Assembly (NCBI GenBank): GCA_016198755.1
Contig: JACQIB010000005.1
Location: forward strand, 160,001 to 224,000
Direction of reading: 5' to 3'
Source: Candidatus Aenigmatarchaeota archaeon
GTDB taxonomy: Archaea; Aenigmatarchaeota; Aenigmatarchaeia; Aenigmatarchaeales; JACQIB01
DNA: 64,000 bases
A program made the translations under genes and the position numbers. Positions 28,983 to 38,898 of the stretch are shown here, in pieces. The number at the start of each line of letters is the position of its first letter. Positions within the stretch are counted from its first letter, which is position 1. The notes beneath the pieces were generated by a model, which was given only the letters and a program-made list of their open reading frames with translations, made no database searches and was not told the origin of the DNA.

Positions 28983-30872
28983 TTACTTTAGCCTGAGTGT
29001 TTCTAAGAGTTTTGGTGCCACAGATTCTGAGCGGAAATATTTGTGTACAGAATGCGCTAAGGATAAACATTTCTCAGCTTCCCCATGGTTTACTATAACC
29101 TTTTCTGGATTCTGCCTGAGCCTTCCAATAAAGTTTAACAGTTGTTTATAATCTGAATGGCCTGAAAGGCCGGAAATTGTAACAACATCCATGTTAACAT
29201 TAACTGAAACGTTCTTTCCTTTATCCTCCATTGGAACGCTTTTCCAGCCGTTCTGTATCTTCCTTCCTAAAGAATTCTCTGACTGGTAACCCACGAACAC
29301 GAGAGTATTTTTCTTATCATCTGCCAGATTCCTAAAGTAGGTTAATACGGGCCCGCCTACCATCATCCCTGAAGTGGAAATAATAACAGCCGGATCTCTG
29401 CTTTCTATCAAAGCCTTCCTCTCATCCTCACTCCCTATTCGTTTGAAAACCTCCTGTGTAAATGGGTTCCAGCCCTGCTGCAGAATTAGTTTTTGCAGTT
29501 CCCTCCCAAAGAACTCTGGATAAGCTGTATGTATTGCAGAAGAGTCCCAGATCATACCATCCAAATAAATTGGAGTTTCTATCCCAGCTTTAGCCAATAT
29601 AACCTGCACATCCTGACTTCTCTCCACAGCAAAGCTTGGTATCAGAACTTTTCCTCCGCGCTCCAGTGTTTTCTTTACAGTGTTAACAAGCAAAGCTTCT
29701 GTCTCTGCTCTGCGAGGCTGAATATCTTCTGGAAATCCGTATGTGGCTTCTGTAATAAAGGTTTCAACGCGGGCAAAGTCTGTGCTGGCTGGATCAAACA
29801 GTGCTGTGCGGTCAAATTTTAAGTCTCCGGAATAGAGTAGATTATGGAAGCCTGAACCTATATGGAAGTGAGCCAAAGCTCCACCGAGAATATGTCCGGA
29901 ATTTGCTAAAGTAAGCCTTATATCAGGAGTTATATCAGAAACCTGTCCATAATCAAGAGGTATGCAGCGCTTTATTGCTTCTTTTATTCCTTTGGTCGAA
30001 TAGGGAGCTGTCCTTCCCTCGCGCTGGCAGAGCTTAATGTAGTCCATGCAAAGCAAAACCATTAAGTCCCTTGTAGGGGTTGTACAGTATATAGGGGCTT
30101 CGCATCCCATTTCATACAGCAAAGGAATTCCGCCTGCATGATCCATATGTGTGTGAGTAAGAACAATCGCATCCAAATCATGGATATTGAATTCTGGAAC
30201 TGAAAGATATGGAAACTCGTTTGTTGTAGGTTTAACGCCGCAGTCCATTAGAACGCTGCTTTCCGGAGTTTGCAAAAGCAGGGCAGACCTTCCTACTTCC
30301 CTGAAAGCTCCCAAAGCTGTTAACCGCGCCCATTCTGTTGGCTTCCAGCCGGAATGAATAGATTTTCCAACTTTGTTTAAAAATTCCCTTCTGAAGTCAG
30401 ATTCTTTGTAAATTAACTCCCTTAAAGTTTTTACAATATCTGAAGGGATTATGGGAGCTCTTTTTACTATTGGAGTCCAGAATATTTTTTTCCTGAGTTC
30501 TTTAAGAGTTTCTCCTCCTCTCCCAATAACAATCCCTGGTTTTTCAGCTTCTATTGTAACAGAGCCAAAAGCCGGCTCAAACTCTATATCTTTTATACCG
30601 CCCTCTTCAGGTATTGTTTCCTTTATGATTTTCTCAGCTTCCTCAGGATCCAGACAAATTGAAGGGTCTGGCCTCAAAAGTATTCTTTTCTTTATAACTC
30701 CAACCATGTTTTTTATAGAATCTCCTGGCTCCCCAAAAAACTCCTTGTTCTTTGTATACAAAACAATTTCGCAGCCCTCAAATCCTATATTGGATATTTT
30801 TGCCTCTTTAGGAAGCGCTTCTTTTACACGCTCAAACAAATCAGAGGATTTTTCTTCAACCATTTCATTCAC
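28983..30872 (-). CDS. KH-domain beta-CASP ribonuclease aCPSF1 (FttA)
   Basis: KH motif IVIGRGG, THTHMDH, GHILG and SGHSD; precedes-psmB context conserved in archaea. Confidence 0.96.
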   Translation of the reverse strand: MNEMVEEKSSDLFERVKEALPKEAKISNIGFEGCEIVLYTKNKEFFGEPGDSIKNMVGVIKKRILLRPDPSICLDPEEAEKIIKETIPEEGGIKDIEFEPAFGSVTIEAEKPGIVIGRGGETLKELRKKIFWTPIVKRAPIIPSDIVKTLRELIYKESDFRREFLNKVGKSIHSGWKPTEWARLTALGAFREVGRSALLLQTPESSVLMDCGVKPTTNEFPYLSVPEFNIHDLDAIVLTHTHMDHAGGIPLLYEMGCEAPIYCTTPTRDLMVLLCMDYIKLCQREGRTAPYSTKGIKEAIKRCIPLDYGQVSDITPDIRLTLANSGHILGGALAHFHIGSGFHNLLYSGDLKFDRTALFDPASTDFARVETFITEATYGFPEDIQPRRAETEALLVNTVKKTLERGGKVLIPSFAVERSQDVQVILAKAGIETPIYLDGMIWDSSAIHTAYPEFFGRELQKLILQQGWNPFTQEVFKRIGSEDERKALIESRDPAVIISTSGMMVGGPVLTYFRNLADDKKNTLVFVGYQSENSLGRKIQNGWKSVPMEDKGKNVSVNVNMDVVTISGLSGHSDYKQLLNFIGRLRQNPEKVIVNHGEAEKCLSLAHSVHKYFRSESVAPKLLETLRLK

Positions 30873-30920
30873 TATCTATATAATTTGTTCTGTACCGAAC
30901 CAGAGAAATGTAACAAAATA

Positions 30921-31535
30921 TTATGCGTACTTCCTTAGCTCAGCTTCTGAAAGCTCCCTCAGTCCGTTTCTATCAATCACAACAACAGTAAATCCTCTCC
31001 CTCCAGATGCAATATCCCTTTCAATTGCCACCTTAATTGACTTTACAGCAAGTGAAACTGCTTCATCTGCTGACAACCCTTCCTTAAAACCTACTTCCAG
31101 AGACCCGTAAGCAAACGGGCTTCCTGAGCCTGTAGAATAGAATTTGTCCATATTACTCCAGCCGCCTATTGGATCTAATCCGTATAGCTGTGGGCCTGTG
31201 GAATCAAAGCCAGCTAAGATAAACTGATTATAATAGGGGAAGTATTTGCTGCCCTGCAAAATATTTGAAAGTAAGGTTGCAGCTGCTTTAACTGTTATTG
31301 GACCGCGCTCCAGCTTGTAAAGCTTGAACTGTGCTTTTAGCAAACGAACCATTGCAAGTGCATCCCCAACAGAACCTGCTATTGTCAAAGCCAAGTGATC
31401 ATCCAGTGGGTAAACCTTTCTAGCTAGTTTTGAGTCTACCATGTACCCCATTGTACTTTTCTTCTCTGCTGCAACAATAACAGCATCCTTGGCTATAATC
31501 CCGACTGTTGTTGTTCCTGTCTCTTTTGTTTCCAT
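30921..31535 (-). CDS. psmB: Proteasome beta subunit
   Basis: TG/TTTVG autocleavage site, GSGS and RDIASG. Confidence 0.96.
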   Translation of the reverse strand: METKETGTTTVGIIAKDAVIVAAEKKSTMGYMVDSKLARKVYPLDDHLALTIAGSVGDALAMVRLLKAQFKLYKLERGPITVKAAATLLSNILQGSKYFPYYNQFILAGFDSTGPQLYGLDPIGGWSNMDKFYSTGSGSPFAYGSLEVGFKEGLSADEAVSLAVKSIKVAIERDIASGGRGFTVVVIDRNGLRELSEAELRKYA

Positions 31536-31615
31536 TAAATCACTCAGAAGTTCTTTTTTACTTTATCCCCAGACCTATTTAAAGCTTTCCCAAAAGAGGA
31601 GCTATCTTTGGTGGT

Positions 31616-32326
31616 TTATGCTGAGTTGGAAGGTGGGGATGTGTTGAGAGGCGGATCCAGGTCTACCACATCTGCCACAACCGCACGGGCTGTTATTGGT
31701 ATGTATCCGGCAGGCCATCTTTCATAAACTTCCATTCTGCCTTTTGGGTCAATAATTATGTTAAGGGGCTGGTTGTCTTCTATAACGCGGTCAGGCTCCT
31801 CTTGCACTCTTACATATCCCATCATATTGTCATATTCTGTTTGTACAGCAGCTCTGGGATCTTGATCTGTAAACCTGTATACATAATAGGATGGTTCCCC
31901 GTTTGTATTGAGAACATAGCATCCTAAAATAGATCCAGCTGTGATAATTTCATCAGCTCCCTTTTTAGTTTGACCAAATATTCTCCTCCAGCCCTGCTGC
32001 GCGCGCTGCCTGCTTGTTGCAAATCGTTTTAAAACTTCAGCAACATCCTGCGAAACAAACAGTCTTGGTTCCAGCTGTGAAAGATGTTGAGGCGGCCGCC
32101 AGTTTTTGCTGCCACCGCCCAGTTCAGCAATAGCCTGCTCTATTGCTTCGTTGGATTCATACGCAAGCTTCTTCTGAAGTTCTCTCTGTCTCACAACTTC
32201 TGGAGACGCAAATATTGCCTCACGGAGTGTGAGAGCTGCATCAAAATAAGTTACTCTGGGCGGTGCAAAGGCTCCTGTGATTTCCTCAAATACAAAATCT
32301 CCGCTTGAAGCTTCCATGCAAATCAT
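31616..32326 (-). CDS. Hypothetical protein
   Basis: 236-aa ORF. Confidence 0.6.
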   Translation of the reverse strand: MICMEASSGDFVFEEITGAFAPPRVTYFDAALTLREAIFASPEVVRQRELQKKLAYESNEAIEQAIAELGGGSKNWRPPQHLSQLEPRLFVSQDVAEVLKRFATSRQRAQQGWRRIFGQTKKGADEIITAGSILGCYVLNTNGEPSYYVYRFTDQDPRAAVQTEYDNMMGYVRVQEEPDRVIEDNQPLNIIIDPKGRMEVYERWPAGYIPITARAVVADVVDLDPPLNTSPPSNSA

Positions 32327-32406
32327 AGGGTATTAAAGAATTAAATAGTTGAGGGAGACGATATCACGAACAACTTAATAGGCAATTTTATTCTGTTTAA
32401 AAAACA

Positions 32407-33243
32407 TTAAACCCATGTAAAGGAAAGCGGGGAATTGCCTGAGGAAATAGTGAGCTTTACCTGTCCGGTTTCTCCTTTAATCTCGGGGAAGAAAAGTTTT
32501 CCAGTTATGTGATGGCCTCCTGGTGGGGAACCTTCCCAGCGCAGAGGTGTATATTTATTCCCTTTATTGTCCTCAAGAACAGAATTTTTAGAAAAGTCTG
32601 AATCAAGGGAACCTGAGTGTGTGTTTACTGAAACTGAAAACACGGGGGGTTCAAGAGAAATAGGTGTGATATCATAGGATATGCTGTTTTGGCTTTCTGT
32701 AATGGTTTTAAAGGATGTTGTGGATGGGACAAAAGTGAGTAAAATAAAGGATAGGACAATAACTGCTGGCGAGAGCATTAAAATATGGTCTCTTACAGCT
32801 TTTATGTTGTATTTTGATATAGGTTTGATAAAATCTGGAAGGGAAGAATGTTTCTTAGCTATGCTTAGGAAATGCATTATTCCGACTGCATTGGAAAGTA
32901 TTCCTATTATAAGGAAAAGGGGCTGATAGTTTGAAAAAAACAGAGTTGCACCGGAAAGTCCGGCTATTGGAAGAACATCAGCAATATGATGAGCGCAGCA
33001 GGCTGCCATTGAACCTGTTGAGACTCCTCCGGTAGCTGCAATGCCTGCAACCGCTTTTTGTCTAATATAGGAAAACAAGTAGACTTGAAAGCCAAAACCT
33101 GTGATAAGAGGGAGCATAAGGTACCACAGGGAAAGGAAGCTTTCTAGAGCATGTTCAAAGCCCTGTGCTATCGAAACAATTAAAAAATAGCTGCCTATAA
33201 GGGATAGGCTGGCCACAACTCCGTAAACCTGCTCTTTTCTCAT
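32407..33243 (-). CDS. Membrane protein with ACCAHH motif and a C-terminal His-containing soluble domain
   Basis: About 5 TM segments, SMAACCAHH, NTHSGSL and WEGSPPGGHH. Confidence 0.75.
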   Translation of the reverse strand: MRKEQVYGVVASLSLIGSYFLIVSIAQGFEHALESFLSLWYLMLPLITGFGFQVYLFSYIRQKAVAGIAATGGVSTGSMAACCAHHIADVLPIAGLSGATLFFSNYQPLFLIIGILSNAVGIMHFLSIAKKHSSLPDFIKPISKYNIKAVRDHILMLSPAVIVLSFILLTFVPSTTSFKTITESQNSISYDITPISLEPPVFSVSVNTHSGSLDSDFSKNSVLEDNKGNKYTPLRWEGSPPGGHHITGKLFFPEIKGETGQVKLTISSGNSPLSFTWV

Positions 33244-33467
33244 TATCTCCCCTTTTTCTTTATATTGTCTACAAGGTTGCTGTGCATTGCATAGATCAGG
33301 AAAAATATTGCAAAAATTCCTGCTACCATTGCATCATAAAGGAATAACTCAGGCTGGATTAGGAATGGCTTTGTGCCTGTTGCCATAGCTGTCCATGCAA
33401 AACCATATGCTATCAAACCACAGATTACAAATATCCAAGATATTATGCCCCATAAATTGGCTTTCAT
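33243..33467 (-). CDS. Small two-TM protein
   Basis: Two hydrophobic helices; GGAGGTGA SD site. Confidence 0.75.
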   Translation of the reverse strand: MKANLWGIISWIFVICGLIAYGFAWTAMATGTKPFLIQPELFLYDAMVAGIFAIFFLIYAMHSNLVDNIKKKGR

Positions 33468-33478
33468 TTTATCACCTC

Positions 33479-33961
33479 CTATTCTTTGCAGCAGTCAACT
33501 ATTTTTTTTACTATTTCAGAAAACTTGCCAAGTTTACTCCCCTCCAAATCATCTCCTTTAAGCTCTTTCATTTCCACAATTTTCATGTTTATTGCAAAAA
33601 ACAGGGAAAATAAATTGAAAGCAAAAGAAAACATTCTTTCAGCCTCAGCCCTGTTTTTTTGTAACTCCTTTGTGCCAACTTCCACCAACCTCATGGAAGC
33701 TGCAAGCAGGTGTTTGGAAATGCACCACTCCTCACCCTTTGGGTCGGAAACTATCTTTTTCATCAGGGTTTTCCTCATTTCCCTTGTTGAGTAAAGCATA
33801 TCCAGATAAGACTGGTTTTGTGTTTTCATTGCAGTAAAATAGAAATGCTCCTCCAGACTAATCAAATTCATTAAGGCTATGCTTAGGTCCTCGTCTCTCG
33901 AGAGATCTGCGGAACCTTTTTTTGTTTCTTCTATTTTATTTAGCCAAAGGTTCTCGTCCAA
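33479..33961 (-). CDS. Helical hypothetical protein with LEEH, WCISKH and terminal DCCKE
   Basis: TTG start after GGGGTGAT; operon position. Confidence 0.7.
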   Translation of the reverse strand: MDENLWLNKIEETKKGSADLSRDEDLSIALMNLISLEEHFYFTAMKTQNQSYLDMLYSTREMRKTLMKKIVSDPKGEEWCISKHLLAASMRLVEVGTKELQKNRAEAERMFSFAFNLFSLFFAINMKIVEMKELKGDDLEGSKLGKFSEIVKKIVDCCKE

Positions 33962-33965
33962 AATA

Positions 33966-34505
33966 TCACCCCAGTGCAAGCTGGAAAACAACGCTTGCAG
34001 CCGCTAATACTCCAACAGTAAGCAAAACTCCCTGGAAAGGGAATAAAACCTTTCCATATAGCTCCTTTATTTTTAAGTGGAGCTTGAAAGCAAACAATGT
34101 TATTCCTACTCCAAAAACAGAACCGAAAAGGAGCTTGTCTACCCAGTAAATTTTGTTGAATACAGAACCTATTTCTCCGAAAAGCTTTACTGGTATGTAA
34201 ACATTCTCCTGCACACCAACAAGCAGGATAGAAGGTATGACTGTCAGTGCATAGGAAAGTATAAGTATAATCGGGAGCTGATATCTGAAATATTCTTTTT
34301 TTATCAATCTTGCAACCCATAAACCTGAGGAAATTGCAAGCGCACCTGCCAATAAACCAACAATAGTTATATCAAATCCGAAAATCTTCGCAGAAGCTAC
34401 AGCCATTCCTACTGCACCAACGCATAGTGGGCAGTGTGCAAAAGCTGGTGCACCTGAAAGAATAAAAGCTAAAAAAGCTGGAATTGCAATAAGCATTTTC
34501 CTCAT
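33966..34505 (-). CDS. Membrane protein with N-terminal HCPLC motif
   Basis: Signal-like start, AHCPLC, 4-5 TM segments. Confidence 0.75.
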   Translation of the reverse strand: MRKMLIAIPAFLAFILSGAPAFAHCPLCVGAVGMAVASAKIFGFDITIVGLLAGALAISSGLWVARLIKKEYFRYQLPIILILSYALTVIPSILLVGVQENVYIPVKLFGEIGSVFNKIYWVDKLLFGSVFGVGITLFAFKLHLKIKELYGKVLFPFQGVLLTVGVLAAASVVFQLALG

Positions 34506-34507
34506 GT

Positions 34508-34993
34508 TCACAGCCTCATAAACAAGCCCTGAACCTGCCCATCTGAAACAGAATAAATTTCAAGGGGCTGGCTCTTGTAACCTGGCATTCCAGGAGAACC
34601 CGAAGGCATTCCGGGAAGGGCTATACCGTCTATTTTTGGCTTTTCTTCCAGCAGTTTCTTTATTGCCTCTGCAGGAATATGTCCTTCAATAAAATAACCT
34701 CCTATCTTTGTTGTATGGCAGGTGCGGAGGTTGGATGGTATGTTTAGCTCATTGTTTATCTGGTCTGTGGTTTGAACCTGTACAGGTTTAACTGGCACTC
34801 CAGAATCCCTTAGGTAGCCAATATAGTTACCGCAGCAACCGCAGCTCTGTGAATAATAGACCTCGGCAGGGTTGCCCGCAAAAACAGACTGAGTTGCAGT
34901 TGCTTGGGCCGTTGAATTAGAGAAGGAAAAGGCAAAAAACAGACCTGCACCAACCAGCACCACTAATGTTACTATAGCCCACAGCCACTTCAT
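34508..34993 (-). CDS. DUF411 metal-binding protein (CopG-like)
   Basis: SCGCC, RTCHT, IEGHIP and ALPGMPSGSPGM. Confidence 0.92.
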   Translation of the reverse strand: MKWLWAIVTLVVLVGAGLFFAFSFSNSTAQATATQSVFAGNPAEVYYSQSCGCCGNYIGYLRDSGVPVKPVQVQTTDQINNELNIPSNLRTCHTTKIGGYFIEGHIPAEAIKKLLEEKPKIDGIALPGMPSGSPGMPGYKSQPLEIYSVSDGQVQGLFMRL

Positions 34994-34994
34994 T

Positions 34995-35255
34995 TTAACA
35001 TCCCCCAACCATTTGTGAACCTGTACCCTGAGACTGTGCAGCAACCTGATCTGGATGCATTCTTGCCATCATATCAGTGTAACTTTCTGCTCCAGCAGAC
35101 TGTACAGAACTTCCAGCTAAAACATTGCCTGTTGGACCAGATTTCTTCAGCTCAATTATTTGAAAGGATTGGAACATTGATATAACTAAAAGGAGTACAA
35201 CCATTGAAAGGGTTATGTAAATCTTCCAGTTAGCTTTTGATAATTCCTCTCCCAT
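34995..35255 (-). CDS. Small membrane-anchored protein ending in MVGGC
   Basis: One TM, MMARMH, C-terminal SQMVGGC. Confidence 0.8.
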   Translation of the reverse strand: MGEELSKANWKIYITLSMVVLLLVISMFQSFQIIELKKSGPTGNVLAGSSVQSAGAESYTDMMARMHPDQVAAQSQGTGSQMVGGC

Positions 35256-35257
35256 TT

Positions 35258-35959
35258 TTAACACCCCCCCACCATGCTTGAACCACCAGTGCCTTTCTCT
35301 ATTCCCCTATACTTGTTAGAAGCAAGGTTAATGTAATTTAGCTCAATTCCCTTGTCTTTCAGTATTTTTGCCTTTGCAGCTGTTGGTCCTGGGAAAAACA
35401 GAGTTTTCCACTTTCCTAACTCATCAAGTATCTGGTCATTTGTATACTCGCTCCCGTGATTCTTTAACAGGTATTTTGCCAACCCTCTCATAGCATAGCT
35501 GTGTGCGCATCCGCAAGCTGCATTACCGTTTGGAAAAATAATGGAAGCTGCTCCACAACAATATTCACAGCTTATCCTGCCTGCGATGTCTATATACCTT
35601 GTCATTTCTTCTGCACTGAGCGTTATCTGATCATCAAGAACACCAAGCTTGTTTATTGTTGCATCGGCCTTTTGGGGGTTTGTTACAGAAACATCATCAA
35701 AGCTCACCTTCAGCTCTTCTCCATATATAGAAGGAACCCCTTTTGGAGCTACATCTATTCCAGATACTTGGGACTGCTGTATTTGGGTAGTTGAAACTAC
35801 CGAAGATATTACATTTCCTGTAACCGTATTAGATACGGAAGCTGTAGCCAAGCTGTTCTTTTCTCCTACAAGGCTGTTTATTTGCATGGTGTTGAACCCA
35901 ACTATAAACAGGGCAGCTATCATAAGCCCAAAGCTTATCCTTTCCAATTCTTCTGACAT
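35258..35959 (-). CDS. Membrane-anchored Cys-cluster protein ending in MVGGC
   Basis: One TM, CEYCCG...ACGCAHS, C-terminal SSMVGGC. Confidence 0.82.
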   Translation of the reverse strand: MSEELERISFGLMIAALFIVGFNTMQINSLVGEKNSLATASVSNTVTGNVISSVVSTTQIQQSQVSGIDVAPKGVPSIYGEELKVSFDDVSVTNPQKADATINKLGVLDDQITLSAEEMTRYIDIAGRISCEYCCGAASIIFPNGNAACGCAHSYAMRGLAKYLLKNHGSEYTNDQILDELGKWKTLFFPGPTAAKAKILKDKGIELNYINLASNKYRGIEKGTGGSSMVGGC

Positions 35960-36015
35960 GAAACCCTATGAAAAGAAACAGTGTATATACCTACTACTGA
36001 AACTGGTTTCATTAC

Positions 36016-36507
36016 CTATTTCAGTACAATAATGTTAGTCATTCCCCTTCTCTTTCTCTCTAAAATATCCTTTAGCTCAAGCCTGTCAAGTATCCTTGTG
36101 ACTTTTACCTTGCCAAACCCTGTATCAGCTATTATATCTGTCTGGAAGGCTGAACCGCCTTTATTTTTTATAGTGTTATATACCTTTTTTTCCTCGTCTG
36201 CAAGTATAGAAAGGTCAAATAGTTTGAATTCTTTCTTCTCTGAGCCAATAGAAATTTTTGGCATAAATACCATATAACCTCCTAAACCGAGCACAAGAAA
36301 ACCAACACCAAATGAAGAAAGTATAAACCATGAGGCATTGCTTGTATGCACTGGGCAAGTTTTCATATCTAGGTTGTTCTTCTGGTACTGATCACACAAG
36401 AGTCCTGACTGGAAGTCATAGTCAAGCTTTACAAATGTAAGTACAAAGAGCAGGATTATGGAAAATCCTATAAGCAACGATCCCAGAGTTTTGGAGTTTA
36501 CATCCAT
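36016..36507 (-). CDS. Two-TM protein with a C-terminal winged helix (COG2512-like regulator)
   Basis: Loop C...CPVH between the TMs; FQTDI...GKVKVTRILDRLE...ERKRRGMTN. Confidence 0.85.
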   Translation of the reverse strand: MDVNSKTLGSLLIGFSIILLFVLTFVKLDYDFQSGLLCDQYQKNNLDMKTCPVHTSNASWFILSSFGVGFLVLGLGGYMVFMPKISIGSEKKEFKLFDLSILADEEKKVYNTIKNKGGSAFQTDIIADTGFGKVKVTRILDRLELKDILERKRRGMTNIIVLK

Positions 36508-36514
36508 GGTTCTT

Positions 36515-36552
36515 AGTGTATATAGAATGCTTTTAAAGGTATAGTATACACT
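36515..36552. promoter_or_regulatory. Candidate operator: inverted AGTGTATA...TATACACT flanking a TATA-like box; another AGTGTATATA copy at 35980-35989
   Basis: Exact motif matches read directly; function inferred. Confidence 0.4.
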
Positions 36553-36601
36553 TGGGAAGTGGCCTTATAATTTGGACCTTAAGTGTCGAAATACTTGCTG
36601 T

Positions 36602-38044
36602 TTAGTAAGAACGCGCAACATAAACCTTTTGAACTGCCTTTTTTCCGCATACAGCACACTCACCCTTTGCAGGTTCTTTCTTTCCTACTATAGTTCCTCT
36701 TACCTCAGCACCTGCATCTTCCTTTATTTTCTTTGCACAGCTCTCATTACCGCAGAAGTCTATATGCACAAACCCGCCTTTCTCTTCCAGAGCTTTTTTC
36801 AGTTCTTTCAATGTCTTTGCTGGTGTAATCTTTAGCAGTGCGTCAGCCCTTTTCTTGAGCTGGAAACCAATACTATCCAAAACTTCCAATGCCTGCTCTT
36901 CCAGCTTTTCTTCTGCTATTGATGTTCTCTCTAAAAAGTCCCTGCGCGTTAGAACCACCTGTCCCTTTTCCAGATCCCTAGGTCCAATCTCTATTCTCAA
37001 TGGAACTCCTTTCAGCTCCCATTCATGGAACTTGAACCCAGGAGTTTTCCCTTCCCTATCATCCAGAATAACCCTGAGGTTCTTCCCCTCTAATCTACCT
37101 AAAATCTCTCCAGCTTTCTCCATAACCTTTGTTTTAGTCTCTGCTGTGTAAATTGGAACAATAACAATCTGTGTTGGAGCAACTGCAGGAGGCAAAATCA
37201 ACCCTTTGTCATCCCCGTGTATTGCAACCAAAGCTCCCATTATTCTGGAAATTCCAATACCGAATGTGGTTTGGTTTACATAGATTTTCTTTCCGTTCTG
37301 GTCCATATACTTTATATCAAAAGGCTTTGAGAATTTCTCACCTAAATTATGCGTTGTGCCTATCTGCAATACTTTCCCATCAGGCAGTACCACATCATAT
37401 GCAGATGTCTTCTCTGCACCTGCAAACTTATCCCATTCAGGGCGCTGGCAAAGAAGGAAAGGTAAACAGAGAGAACTTAGCCCTTTTTCAAAAATACCCA
37501 TATCTTCTTCCACCTGCTTATCAGCATCATCGAATGTCTTCTGGGCTGTGTGCGCTTCTATCCAGAAAAACTCTCTTCCCCTTATAAGGGGTTTTGTCAT
37601 TTTAGTTTCAGCCCTATAGACAGAGACAGCTTGGTAAAGCTTGAAAGGAAGCTGGGTATGGGAACGGAGCCAGACAGAATACATGGGATAGAACGCTGTT
37701 TCTGACGTCGGGCGAAGACAGAGCCTTTCTTCCAGCTTGTGTTTTCCCCCATGGGTAACCCAGAAAACCTCATCCTCAAATCCTTTTATATGCTCGGCTT
37801 CCTTGTTTAAGTTCTTCTCAGGTATAACAACAGGAAAAATCACTGCTTTGTGCCCTGTTTTTTGCAGCCCTTCCTCAAAGATATCCTGCATCCTGCGCAG
37901 CAAGAATGTTCCTGTTGGCATGTAAATTACAAACCCTTTTACTCCATACCTTTCATCTAAAACCTCTGATTTCTGCAACACTTCCAAGTACCATTTACTA
38001 AAGTCATCTGCTTTCTTAACCGTTAAACCCATTTCTTCGCTCAT
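36602..38044 (-). CDS. proS: Prolyl-tRNA synthetase (archaeal/eukaryal type)
   Basis: LRPTSET, REFFWIEAH, FGIGISR and C-terminal ARSY. Confidence 0.97.
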   Translation of the reverse strand: MSEEMGLTVKKADDFSKWYLEVLQKSEVLDERYGVKGFVIYMPTGTFLLRRMQDIFEEGLQKTGHKAVIFPVVIPEKNLNKEAEHIKGFEDEVFWVTHGGKHKLEERLCLRPTSETAFYPMYSVWLRSHTQLPFKLYQAVSVYRAETKMTKPLIRGREFFWIEAHTAQKTFDDADKQVEEDMGIFEKGLSSLCLPFLLCQRPEWDKFAGAEKTSAYDVVLPDGKVLQIGTTHNLGEKFSKPFDIKYMDQNGKKIYVNQTTFGIGISRIMGALVAIHGDDKGLILPPAVAPTQIVIVPIYTAETKTKVMEKAGEILGRLEGKNLRVILDDREGKTPGFKFHEWELKGVPLRIEIGPRDLEKGQVVLTRRDFLERTSIAEEKLEEQALEVLDSIGFQLKKRADALLKITPAKTLKELKKALEEKGGFVHIDFCGNESCAKKIKEDAGAEVRGTIVGKKEPAKGECAVCGKKAVQKVYVARSY

Positions 38045-38898
38045 GTTTTCTCACATCTTATTTCTAGGGGCTGGTTTATATTCATACCGCTTAAGCCCAG
38101 TTCTCTTGACCTCTTGGCTGCAGCATCTATTATTCCTGAAATTCCTTCCTTTATTCCATTGGTTTTGGCAAAAGAAATGCCAGCTTCTGTAGTGCCCCCC
38201 TTTGAGGCCACCTTATCTATAAATTCCGTGTAAGACAGACCATTAGCTTTCAAAAACTCTGCAGTACCTTCTACGGTCTTCGTCAATAAACTATGTGCTA
38301 CCCTCTCTTGCAACCCCATCTTTATGGCTTTTTCTTCCATGCAGGAAAGGAAATAAGAAAAGAATGCTGGACCTGAACCACTAAGGGCTGTTACAACATC
38401 CATATCACTCTCGTTAACTCTGTATGTTGGACCGCCAGCTTCAAGTATGTATCTTGCATTTTTCTCTTCATTTTCACTACAATTTCCATTCAGGTAGTAT
38501 GCACTAACTCCACATCCGTAAAAGAAGCCTATGTTAGGCATTGCTCTGCAAATTCTTGTTTGACTTCCAAGTTTCTGTTCAAAATAACTTGTCCTCTTTC
38601 CGGCAGCTATAGACAACACTAGCCTTTCTCCTAAATGAATTCCCGCTAAGCCTTCCATAACAGTATCCAGACTCTGGGGTTTAACAGAAAAAACAACTAC
38701 ATCTGACTGTTCTGCAACCTTCCTGTTATCTGTAGTTGTTTCTATTTCATAGGTTTTATTAAGCCTTTCTAGCTGTTCAACACTCCTCCTACTAGCTACT
38801 ATGTTACCATTGTAGCCGCGTACAAGCAGGGATTTTATCATGGCTTCTGCCATATTTCCCGCTCCTATGAACCCTATAGTGCCTATACTACTTTCCAT
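38041..38898 (-). CDS. proC: Pyrroline-5-carboxylate reductase
   Basis: GFIGAGNMA, RAMPN, ALSGSGPA and VASKGGTT. Confidence 0.95.
   Translation of the reverse strand: MESSIGTIGFIGAGNMAEAMIKSLLVRGYNGNIVASRRSVEQLERLNKTYEIETTTDNRKVAEQSDVVVFSVKPQSLDTVMEGLAGIHLGERLVLSIAAGKRTSYFEQKLGSQTRICRAMPNIGFFYGCGVSAYYLNGNCSENEEKNARYILEAGGPTYRVNESDMDVVTALSGSGPAFFSYFLSCMEEKAIKMGLQERVAHSLLTKTVEGTAEFLKANGLSYTEFIDKVASKGGTTEAGISFAKTNGIKEGISGIIDAAAKRSRELGLSGMNINQPLEIRCEKT

Noticed and set aside
34995-35270. Selenocysteine extension after the GGC termini
   Set aside because: Both ORFs end in TAA, not TGA.
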